Below, in pieces: positions 1 through 9,710 of a stretch of 64,000 nt of DNA. The stretch comes from Phaeosaccion multiseriatum (taxonomy: Eukaryota; Protista; Ochrophyta, other classes), in NCBI GenBank assembly GCA_965112735.1, contig OZ218954.1, positions 1,550,001 through 1,614,000 of the forward strand, in the 5' to 3' direction. The position numbers and the translations under genes were made by a program. Below the pieces are notes generated by a model, which was given only the letters and a program-made list of their open reading frames with translations, was not told the DNA's origin and made no database searches. Every line of letters starts with the position of its first letter. The first letter of the stretch is position 1.

Positions 1-13
1 CGTCACGCTAGGC

Positions 14-460
14 ATGGCGCTTCACCAACATGCTGATGGCTGCCCATCCCGTGAGAAGCTGCTCTCTCCCATCGACAGTGAGAACACCGGTGACTTGCAG
101 ATACGAGAGGTCCTCCTGTTCTACCCTTACACACTAACAACCAGTTTCTGCGGCGCAATGGATGGACGTCGCCCCCGCCAATGCAAGGGCGCTGACGCCA
201 ATACTTTTGTCCCCTCCAACTGGGGGTCTTTCGGGCACGATCCAAAGTTCTTTGAGCTCTTTAAGCAAGGTCCCATCCCCGTCCCCAGCATGATGTCGAC
301 GACGCCTGGCTGTGGAACGGGGGACCAGACAGCATGGGCAGCGGTGCTGGGCGAGCATGAAGCAGCGCTGAAGAGGTGGTCAGAGGAAGGCAAGGCTCTC
401 TCCTACGCGGAGCTTGACGCAGACGTGGTGGAGGAATGGAGCAAGTGCTGGAAACAGTAA
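14..460 (+). CDS. 3' part of an unknown protein; the frame is open from the window edge
   Basis: 148-aa ORF with ordinary amino-acid composition, stop at 460 followed by a (GA)n tract. No family recognised. Confidence 0.35.
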   Translation: MALHQHADGCPSREKLLSPIDSENTGDLQIREVLLFYPYTLTTSFCGAMDGRRPRQCKGADANTFVPSNWGSFGHDPKFFELFKQGPIPVPSMMSTTPGCGTGDQTAWAAVLGEHEAALKRWSEEGKALSYAELDADVVEEWSKCWKQ

Positions 461-1822
461 AGCAGCGAAAGAGAGAGAGACAGAGAGACTGAGGGCGTCA
501 CATTGTGAGTAGTGCTTGATCCTGTATATGCCATGAGCGATGGTGTTTACTGCTGCTGTGTTGAGATAAATCGGTGTCGACACTAGATATCGATCTCTTC
601 TCTCTCCGTTCACTTCTTCTCTTAGTGCTATGTAGCTAATAAGACGCTTTCCCACACTCGTGCAAGTTCGTCACCAGTCTCTAGGTGAGAGATATCACAA
701 CACGACAATTGTCGGTTGAAAGCTAATGCGCATTAGTGCAGCGGTGGACGTAAAGTACGGGATGAGTACGGGAAGTTGAAACGGTCGGAGTAGACTTTAG
801 CACTGCGTCTGCCAAGCTGCATTGGGTATGGCGGACCGACGAGTGTCTAAATCTGCGAGGGAGAAGTCACGTCGTTGGCTCAAAGAGCGGTGGCTCCATG
901 AGCAAGCGAGCAAGAGACAGGAGGGGGTTTTGAGTGGAAGGCAGGAGGGGCTACGAGCTGATTCAGCTCCTTCCGTCAGCATCCATTATGACTTGCGTAG
1001 GCGGTCAGGTATCGAACACTCAGACCTCTACCTGTGTGGGTTGCGTAGTGCCCAGGTGGGGCCCGCAACTGAATCCGCCAGGCGGGCAGCAGCGGTGAAT
1101 CCCTCTGCTCGTAGCGGGAGCGGTGGCAGAGCGTTTACGGGCCAACGGAGACGGTGCGCGCTGGGCAGCGGTCATGTCTCGCACGTATATGCTCAAGCCG
1201 CAGAGGCACCTGCGCCGGGGCGGAGGTAGACGTGCACAGCGGCAACCTCCACCGTAGAGACCAGCGGAGAGAGAGGAGACGGTTTGCGCTACGAGACGCA
1301 GCGCAAGTCGAGGGAGGCCCCGTTTTCAGGGCGGCTCGTGACGTATTAAATGCGGAGGGAGTGTATTAGGCTCGCAGGCCTGGTTGCCTCGCGTCTTTCG
1401 TGCCTTTCGTCGGTTTAATTTATTTTTTATTAAAATTCAAAAGCGTTTCTTTCTTTTGTAATCCGCACAGTCTGTCTCTCTTGCTCTCATCCATTGACTT
1501 GTTGCCTTTCCGTTTACATGTACCTGCTTCAGTACAGTTCTGCCGACAGAATGTTGTAAAGTGAAGTCAAGTGTGGGGGGGGTGGGGGGGAATTCGAATA
1601 CGTCAACGCGAGTATGTCAACAATTACGACTTTCAACAGCCTGACTTTGGGGGGGCACGTCGGGAGCCAGCAGCTAAGAAGAGGGTACCATCAGTGAGAG
1701 GAGTGTGACGATATTCATTGAGTTATTCTCCGGGCACGCCTCTTTACCCCCTCCCCCTCTTGCCCCCACCAAGTTTGCCCCCCCCCCCCAGTGAACGCCT
1801 TCAGCTTGGTAAGACTGTGCTG

Positions 1823-3914
1823 CTAATGCGCCTCATTGCCCTTGAAGGCGGACTGTACGACCCTCTGCGCGTCGTCTGCGCCCATGGGTTGAGAGACCTT
1901 CTGAATGATGATAAGGAGTACCTCCATTTCCTTGGGATAGAAGTCACTGGCCTTACTTGCACCGCCCTCCGACTCGGCAGCAGCTTCAGCAGATTGAACC
2001 ATTTCAGTCTCCCCCCCGCCGGTACATATCTGTCGAAAGGCAGAAGACAAGCACGCCCGAAACTTGGTGAGAATGGCAGTTCCTGACGCAGCCCTCTTCC
2101 TCGTGCGCTCGACAACATCTGCACCACATAGTACCTTGTTCTGGTCAACGAGGCACCGGCCGAAGAACCTGTCCACCTCCGAAGTCAACTCAAACATCTG
2201 CCTCGACGCAAACATGAGCCCTCCCGCGTGCGCTCTCTAACCCCTTCGTAGGGCAGATCCTCTGACGTGGCTTCGTCCTCAGTCACTTCGTGCGAGTTAC
2301 AAAAGAGGCAGAGGTGGGCCATGGGCCCCTCGCCCCCCCCCTCGGCAAACACAGCGTTTGCAGAATGTACCCCGATACGTAACAAATTGCCTGGCGCTGG
2401 CTCTCGGTCCTCACGTCGAGACGGGCATCCTCCAGGACCTGAACCCTTCCTGCACTCGAACCTCTCGGACCCAAGTAAGCCACTCGCTTGCCACTGCGTG
2501 CCCCAGCACCCACACAATGATTCGCAAGTCACCCGCTGGGTTCATGCCAAAAATGCGGCCCAACATTCGTCCTTTCTCGGCTCCATCTCCTCCTCCCCAA
2601 CCGCATCGTCGTAGCCAGCCATGAAGCATTTCCACACGCCTTCGCTGTCCATGGCTTTCTGGACAGCACAATCTCTCGCTCAGTCGCGCTGGAGCTCAAA
2701 TTTCGCTACTGCCGCTAATGCTTCTGCTTTCACTCCGATATCACAAATGCAAACCGTATACGCGCTTGTCAGCGACTCAACAAGCTCATACGCGGGACCA
2801 TGGAACGCCTTCGACTTGAATAGCTCCACGACGAAGGCTCCCTCGACAGCTGTAAAGGAGCTCAACAAAGGGCCTGTGGGCTCCTGTCGCCCGTAGGCAC
2901 GTACAGCCAAAGCATTATCCACAATCTGGGGTGTGTGCTTCTTGATCCGCGCTGCCACCTTCGCCTTCTGCACCTTCATCTGCTCCCTGCACTCCTCCCC
3001 CCTCCGCCTCTTGTCGTCTGCCTGACGCTTTGCCTCTCCTTCGGCCTCAATGCTGGTGACGTGTGCGAGTAGGGTACGCTCATCAATCTCGCGAAGGGAC
3101 GCGTCCTCCCCAGCGCGCAGCACAACGGTCCTTCTCTGTTGCTCCGTCAGCTTCTGTTCTCCAGCGACCTCAACCATAATGGCAGCGATACTTGCCCGGG
3201 CAGCTGCAGCACTGGCCATGGTTTGCTCCGCCTTGGGGCGCAGCACAAGATGAACGATGGCGTCGATGTTCTTCGTCAAGAAACCGCAGTCTGCTGCCAC
3301 TTGCTGTTTAGCGGCAGAAGAGTCCCCGACATGCCTTAAGTGAGCCCTCACTTCGTTCGCAACACCGTCAAGGGGGGTCTCACCCTCCCCTTCCAAGGTG
3401 AGGAGGGCAGCGGTGTCCCTCATATAGACTAGGAGGGCCCCATCTGCAGACGCCCTGCTCTTCCGTGCGAAATCCACTATGGCCTTCTTCACATTTCCGG
3501 TGTCCCTCACCTCCACTGGGCACGCCTGCCGACACTGAGCTGCCGCTTTCTCCTCTTTCGGGTCCTTTATTTCCACAACCTCGCATCCTTCGGTACACTC
3601 GATGCTGCTACGAATCTGCTTGTTCAAGTTCTTTCAAGTCCTTTCAACTCCACATTCCTATACCTCCGGCTCGACATGAGAAAGGCTTTGAGTGCTCCCA
3701 CCACTTCCTCCCTGGAGCCGACGACATTCCTCTCTTCCAAGCGGATCGAGGCGCAGGCCTCGTCGATCTCCTGTCCGAGATGCGCGTCACTCAGTGGGCC
3801 CTTGTCTCCCTCCGCAGAGGCATGATCCTCATCCTCGAGATGCTTGAAGTACTGGTACATCATGGAATGGCTCCTGAGGGTCGATACTGCCAGCCAGAGG
3901 CGCCATCGAGCCAC
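1823..3914 (-). pseudogene. Degraded long ORF, probably transposon-associated
   Basis: Collinear minus-strand ORF pieces (3624-3914, 2680-3627, 2283-2513, 2185-2532, 1823-2215) broken by stops and frameshifts. The motif QAICYVSGYIL...FELTSEVDRFF resembles YIAGY-type C-terminal regions of P/THAP9-like proteins. Confidence 0.35.
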
Positions 3915-4194
3915 ACACTTGGAGACTCCTCTCCCTCACGCCCAGAGATATGCTCCTACTGTAATGGCTAAATCACGATCAGTGGGTCGCCAGCACCCCT
4001 ACCTTCACCACAGCACCAGGATAAGACCCCTTTCTAGCCTTTTCAACCACTTATGCTTTAAACCCTGTCTCCTACCGTGCGGCCTAGGCTACGAAAGAGG
4101 AGCTTCCTGCACGAGGAATTTGACGGATACGCACCCAAAATTAATCCGACGGTTGCGTCTGTCGCGCCTTTCCCCATACACATTAGCGCCCCTT

Positions 4195-5905
4195 GTCGCT
4201 ATCCAACATGAAGCCACTTGTGCTCGTGGTGGTGCTAAGTGCCTTACTCCTCACGCTACTAGTAGTGGTCTTCGGGGAATGGGGCCTATCGTTGCAGACG
4301 GGCTGCGGAGCAGGAGGTATAGAAGGCATGTCAATGGGAGAAGCCGCCGGGAGCGCAACCTCGGGCAAGCTCTTTACGATGGCCAAAGTCCGGCGTTGGG
4401 CAGGGAGGCGGCTGTTCAGCGACGATGACCACTCGTCCTTAGCCGCATCCAGGCCCAGCCCTCCCCCGACTCTGCCCGGGGCCCGCTTGTGTGAAAACTG
4501 GGCGGTGATCACGAGCATCAACCCCCCCACCACCCTGATGAGGCAGCTCGTACAAGAGCCAGACTGGTGCCTCGTGGTAGTGGCGGATCGAAAGAGCCCC
4601 TCACTCGACGAGTGGGACCTGGAGCAGAGCTCTGACACCGTCTACCTGACGCCTGATATGCAAGAGCAGCTGCCCTATACCCTCAAGGACAAGACGCCAT
4701 GGAACCACTTTGGCCGCAAGAACCTGGGCTACCTCTTTGCCATTCATCATGGCGCCAAGGTGAGAGCGAGTCTGTCGATTGTCTTTCGTGTCCTTTTTGT
4801 GTGCCGCTCACTTACTTGTTTAAGAACTCCCCATGATTCTCCGCGTCATCCCCTCTCTCTCCATCTCGTTTCACATGTAACTTTCAATTCTGTCGACCTC
4901 CCCAAAGGGACAATTCATGAGCGACGATTCACTTCACTCCATTTTCCCATTCGTCTGCGATCGGACCTGTCTCTTCCCCCCATCCTGCTCACTCTGGCTC
5001 AGGTCATTTATGATACGGACGATGACAACGACTTGCAACCAAAAGGCCAGCGAGTTGCCGAGCTCCCTGTAGCACAAAGCAGCCTGATTCTGAGCGCTCG
5101 CTCTCCTTCCATACGGTCCGGCGTTTTCAACCCCTACCCATTCTTCGGGGCCCCCCTCGCGTGGCCGAGGGGCTTCCCCCTGGATCTCATCAAGGCGGAG
5201 GTGGCGTCCATGGTTCATGACGGAAACGCTGTTGCCTCCTCCGCTGCCGTGGGGGTGGTGCAGAGCTTGGCCGACCACGACCCCGATGTGGACGGTATGT
5301 ACCGGCTCTCTCCCCTACCGCTCCCCTTCTACTTCTCCAAAGGCAAGGATTCGCTCGCGGATGAAGTTCTCGCGCTACCTCGGGGCGTCATGGCGCCATT
5401 CAACGCACAGGCCACCACTTTCTTCCCGGCGTGCTTTTGGGGGCTACTTCTGCCGGTGACGGTACACGGGAGAGTGGCAGATATCTGGCGGAGCTACTTT
5501 ACGCAGCGACTCATGCAGGACATTGGACAGCACCTGGCCTTTGGGGGCAGCAGAGTCGTTCAAAACAGAAACGCGCACTCATACCTTGCAGACTTCCAAT
5601 CTGAGAACCCGCTGTACATGCGGAGTGGGGCTCTGGTGGACCACCTGCAGGAATGGGAGGGACCTCCTACCGCCGAGGGAGGCATGCCCATGCGCATGGA
5701 GGCATTAGTCATTGACATGTACGAGCACGACATTCTGCAGGAGGGCGACGTGATCAGCATGCAGGCTTGGATCACAGATCTGTACGCCCTTGGCTACAGC
5801 TTCCCTCCGACGACATAGAAGACAGGTGTCGGCGGCTAGTCCAATCAAGGCCGTGCTATCCTCAGACGAAAGAAAGGTGCGACTGAGGTGCTCGGCTTCG
5901 CTTCT
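4195..5905 (+). repeat. Segmental duplication block A (matches ~57920-59630)
   Basis: Near-identical sequence from ~12 bp upstream of the STELLO ATG to the (CCT)n tract. Confidence 0.9.
4208..5818 (+). CDS. STELLO-like (DUF288/GT75-related) glycosyltransferase, copy 1; intron 4760-5002
   Basis: N-terminal TM (MKPLVLVVVLSALLL). Motifs WAVITSINPPT, VVADRKSP, PWNHFGRKNLGYLFAI, IYDTDDDN, WPRGFPL, PFNAQAT, VHGRVADIWRSY. GTGAGA...CAG intron at the same position in copy 2. Confidence 0.9.
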   Translation: MKPLVLVVVLSALLLTLLVVVFGEWGLSLQTGCGAGGIEGMSMGEAAGSATSGKLFTMAKVRRWAGRRLFSDDDHSSLAASRPSPPPTLPGARLCENWAVITSINPPTTLMRQLVQEPDWCLVVVADRKSPSLDEWDLEQSSDTVYLTPDMQEQLPYTLKDKTPWNHFGRKNLGYLFAIHHGAKVRASLSIVFRVLFVCRSLTCLRTPHDSPRHPLSLHLVSHVTFNSVDLPKGTIHERRFTSLHFPIRLRSDLSLPPILLTLAQVIYDTDDDNDLQPKGQRVAELPVAQSSLILSARSPSIRSGVFNPYPFFGAPLAWPRGFPLDLIKAEVASMVHDGNAVASSAAVGVVQSLADHDPDVDGMYRLSPLPLPFYFSKGKDSLADEVLALPRGVMAPFNAQATTFFPACFWGLLLPVTVHGRVADIWRSYFTQRLMQDIGQHLAFGGSRVVQNRNAHSYLADFQSENPLYMRSGALVDHLQEWEGPPTAEGGMPMRMEALVIDMYEHDILQEGDVISMQAWITDLYALGYSFPPTT

Positions 5906-6199
5906 ACCCACCACCACCTCCTCCTCCTCGTCGTCGTCGTCGTCGTCGTCGCTCCTCTCAATCACCCTCCCTTCTGTTACTCCACAGAACCACTGCCCGA
6001 CTTACTACAGGGTGTCTATGGTTGGTCTCCTCGGAGACGCGCTAAGAGACTGGGTACGTCTCAGGGACAGCTTTCTTGCTGGTGATGAAGTGGTTCAAGG
6101 CGGACTGTTTCGCCGCCCTACCATAGGCAGCACCGGGACTTCAGCTTGAAGTGCTCTCTATCCAAACCAGCACCATTGTGATCCCTTGAGCAGGATAAG

Positions 6200-6700
6200 T
6201 TGCAGGACCTACTGGAGCGAAGCGGCGAGCTAGACATTGACGGCCGTGATACCTTCGGACAAACACCACTCTTTTTGGCCTGCTATAAGGTACAAGCTCT
6301 TTCCACGTCCCCCTCTTCTACCTGTCTCTCCTCCTCGTTCTTCCCTCTGCCCCCATCTGGATGTCAACTCGCTCGTTGGTGCTTCTTCTGCTGCTGCTGT
6401 GCTTCTGCTCGTGTCGTGCTCTTGCTCCAGAGCTCCAAGGATATGGTGTCCCTGCTAGTGAAGCACGGCGCCTCCCTGTCGCTCAAGGACTGCAACGGGA
6501 ACTCGCTGCTGCATGTGAGTTGTGGAGTCGGTGCTGTGGAGATGGCATCCCTGCTGCTCGATCTCTCTCTGCAGCGTGCGGGTGTCGGGGAGGGGAAAGA
6601 GCCCGTCGACTTGAGGGTCTTGCTGAGGGAAAGAAACAAGGAGGGAAAGACTGCGCTGGACGTCGCAAAGGTGGGTGAGAACGTCGAGAAGACTCGCTAA
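6200..6700 (+). pseudogene. Ankyrin-repeat gene fragment, copy 1
   Basis: DIDGRDTFGQTPLFLACYK, intron, then SSKDMVSLLVKHGASLSLKDCNGNSLLHVSC...NKEGKTALDVA. Downstream exon-like segments contain stops. Confidence 0.65.
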
Positions 6701-7029
6701 GTCAAGCTGATGCTGCTGTGCTGCTGGTGCTACTGCGGTGGTGTCGGACGCTTTCAGAGGGGTGCAACTCGAGTTCGTGATTTCTTGCTGATGACTAGGG
6801 GGCAGTCGCGCGTAGAGGAACCGTGTGTGAAAGGGTGACAGGTGCTGAAGGAGATAGGCGAGGACAAGGAACGAGTTGCAAGGGCTCTCCGGTTGAGGTG
6901 ACTTTCCCCAGCGGCTTGGGCTATGCTACGAGGGGGCGCCTCCGTAAGAATGCTCCGAAGGTGCTACTTTTGACGAGTCCCTGTGGCTACCTACCTTGCT
7001 CCTTTTTCTGCTCCTTGCTCCTCGTTCTT

Positions 7030-7290
7030 GCTCCTCCTCCCCCTCCTCCTCCCCCTCCTCCTGCTCCTCCTCCTCCTGCTCCTCCTCCTCTTCTTCTTCT
7101 TCCTGCTCCTCCTCCTCCTCCTCCTCCTCCTCCTCCTCCTCCTCCTCCTCCTCTTCCTCCTCCTCCTCCTCCTCCTCCTCCTCCTCCTCCTCCTCCTCCT
7201 CTTCTTCTTCTTGCTCCTCCTCCTCCTCGTCCTGCTCGTCCTTGCTCCTCCTCCTCTTCCTCCTCCTCTCCCTTCTCCTCCTCGCTCCTC
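7030..7290. repeat. (CCT)n microsatellite
   Basis: Directly visible. Confidence 0.95.
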
Positions 7291-7999
7291 TCAATCACCC
7301 TCCGTTCTCTTACTCCACAGACCACTGCCCGGCTCACAACAGGGCTTCTATGGTTAGTCTCATCGGAGACGCGTTAAGAGACTGGGTACGTCTCAGGGAC
7401 AGCTTTCTTGCTGGTGATGAAGCGGTTCAAGGCGGACCCTTTCGCCGCCTTACTATACCACTGTTCCCGTCGACGCTCAATCCCCCCTTACGCAAGGCTC
7501 TGTCCACGATGCTTGGCACCATACCCGAGGCACTCATGGCCTAAGAGAAGCGCTCACTCCTGCCTTCTCTCCGCGCTCATCGTTCCCTGCCCTGCCCAGC
7601 CCCTTGCCGAGGAAGGCAATGCTGCGGCGTCACTCTCGCCGGCGGCTGCTTAATCTCTCGGCGTCAAGAATGCCTCGCTGCTGACGAATCTAACGGCCCA
7701 GATATCGGCCTTGAGCTCTGGACTCGGAACTTTGAAGGCGGACCTCGATGCTTCTCGACGGGAGACGCAGCCGCAACAGCCCCCAGAGCAGCAGCAGCAG
7801 CAGGTGGAGGGCGCACAGGTGGGCCAAGTCTTAGCACAGCAGATGAGAGCCTGCTGGCCCTCATGCGGTGCAAAATGGTCATGGCTGACGAGCAGAAGGT
7901 GCGTGGGAGAGGAGTCCAATGAACAGCTCAATCTGTTTTAGCAGAGTGCCAAATGGGATACAGCAACACCAGACTTCAGTAAAAAAAAAGGAAAGAAGT

Positions 8000-8376
8000 C
8001 GTAAAGGGGCATCGGGTGCCGTCCGCCGTCCATCCAAAAAGTCGTTACGTTTCTGGGATGCCCGTGGTAAGAGGCGTACTCGGGACGTTCAAAAACAAGC
8101 GGACGTCCCAAGGACGCGTCGGGGTGTTCGGACGTCCCCGGGACGTCCGAGCGGCGCCCGTCCGAGGCACGTACATTAGACGGGTCGTGCTTTGGCCGAG
8201 AACGCGTGTGGACGTCCCCCGTACGGGCGCAAGTGGACGTCCCGTGTGCGTGTGTGTGGGCCGGGCGGCGGAGGGGCGTGAAGCCGAGAACAGCGGGCGC
8301 GGTGTCTGGTTGGGTTTGGATAATACATTTACTTTCAAAACAATACACAGCGGTTGTGTACGTCCCTGGGACAGTA
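8000..8376. mobile_element. Probable DNA-transposon end with repeated GGACGTCC palindromes, ending ...GGGACAG|TA
   Basis: At least five GGACGTCC copies (8101, 8130, 8141, 8210, 8235) and a CAG|TA terminus like the TA-flanked MITEs in this window. No partner end found. Confidence 0.4.
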
Positions 8377-9401
8377 CCGGGCCGAGACTATACTACCTGC
8401 TAGTATCGCCGGCTGCTTCCAGCCGGCGTGCTATCTGCTACCAGCCGGCTTCAGCCGACGTGCTACCTGCTACCAGCCGGCGGCCAGTGGCGTGTTACTG
8501 GGCCCTGCGGGCCCGGTAGATATGCTACTGGAAATGCGTCGGGCCCACGTCAGGGATTTGACAAGCCGCCTCTTGTCTCCCTTCCTTCGTTTCGGCATAT
8601 GTCTCCGCGCCACTTTCTCTGCTTCATTCCGTGGGCATTCACTCGTCTCCTCTCGTGTTGTCGCCTCTCCCTCTTCATACCACGCCAAGCCATGCTCTGT
8701 TGAGGCGGCGTTCGTTTTGCATCCAGATGGGGGGGGGGGTGCTAGCGTATACTCATTCATCTATGGTTGGGTCGTCATAGCCGTGGGGTCAGCTTCGCCG
8801 CGTCAGTCACTTGTTACCCCCCCCCCCCCCCATGTCCCTTGTCCCGAATCCAACACACCCTCCATCCATGTCGCTCCACTGCACCCACCAAGCCATCCTC
8901 CGAACCCCTCTCTCTACCCTTTTCTCCATCTAGCCCGGAGGCGCCCTCTTTCGTCTTGGGCCCTGCCTCGTCCGTCCACCCTCCTTTTGTTGCCTCCCTG
9001 TTCGACTGTCGCTCCCCATCCCGCCCAGCTATTCCGTCGAATGTGCTCACCTCTTGGTCATGGACGGGCGGAGTCTATGTCGGCCGCCGGCGTCTGTGGC
9101 CTCGGTGTGGGTTGGGGCGCAAGGACAGACGGGGGAGGGAGGGTGTGTGGGGAGGAGGTGATATTCGTGGGCACCTTCTGTTAAAACATTATGGCCGGGA
9201 CGTGTCGCTTCTCCGCGCACTCTCCTCCTCCCTTTCTCTCCACTCTATGCTGCTGGTCCTTGCCCCCCTGCCCTTCTCTCTCCGCCCTCACTCCCCAACC
9301 ATCCCTCCGTACCCCCATCATTCACCATGCCTATGCCATACTTCTCCCCAAACAACCCTCCCGCCCGTGCACCCTCTTTCATCGCAGGCCCTCTACGTAT
9401 C

Positions 9402-9444
9402 CAAGGGTACTTAAAGAAAACGACGTTTTCTTTGAGTACCCTTG
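9402..9444. mobile_element. 43-bp inverted-repeat remnant with a 7-bp target duplication (P-superfamily-like footprint)
   Basis: CAAGGGTACTTAAAGAAAAC-gac-GTTTTCTTTGAGTACCCTTG (19/20 inverted match), flanked by ACGTATC at 9395-9401 and 9445-9451. Confidence 0.7.
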
Positions 9445-9710
9445 ACGTATCATTAGGTAGGCAGGACAGTAAGTCAATGATGTGGCCCCTCGCGCCCCCC
9501 CCTTATCCTTCCCCCCCACCAAGTGGATAGCTCTCCTTAAACAAGGAGGCTGTCCAGGGTCTTAGGGTGGGATAGCCCTTGTTATTAATACACTTGGTGT
9601 CAGCATTGGACTCTTCTCTCCCCTCTTTTTGGGACCGGAACAGCACGCTCAGCTGGGGGTTGCCTTCCTCTTAAACAGAGGGAGGTAGCGGCCCCACAGA
9701 ACGTGGAGAC

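Larger units (their letters stand above)
6130..7607 (+). repeat. Segmental duplication block B (matches ~62772-64000)
   Basis: Near-identical ankyrin exons and downstream sequence, differing mainly in (CCT)n length. Confidence 0.9.

Noticed and set aside
14-140. H...R-x-V-L-L-F-Y pattern resembling the end of a TET/JBP-type 2OG-Fe dioxygenase, of interest because KDZ elements carry such genes
   Set aside because: The HxD half would lie outside the window, and the pattern is too short to support a call.
1140-1260. CALGSGHVSHVYA...TCT, similar to a decayed SWIM zinc finger
   Set aside because: Two of the three Cys are missing and no supporting domain is visible.
6823-7544. Poly-Pro/Glu/Leu/Ser/Gly ORFs here and at 29629-30603, 33536-34885, 42800-43861 and 59515-59994
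   Set aside because: They are translations of (CCT)n and (CTCA)n microsatellites, or antisense to real exons.
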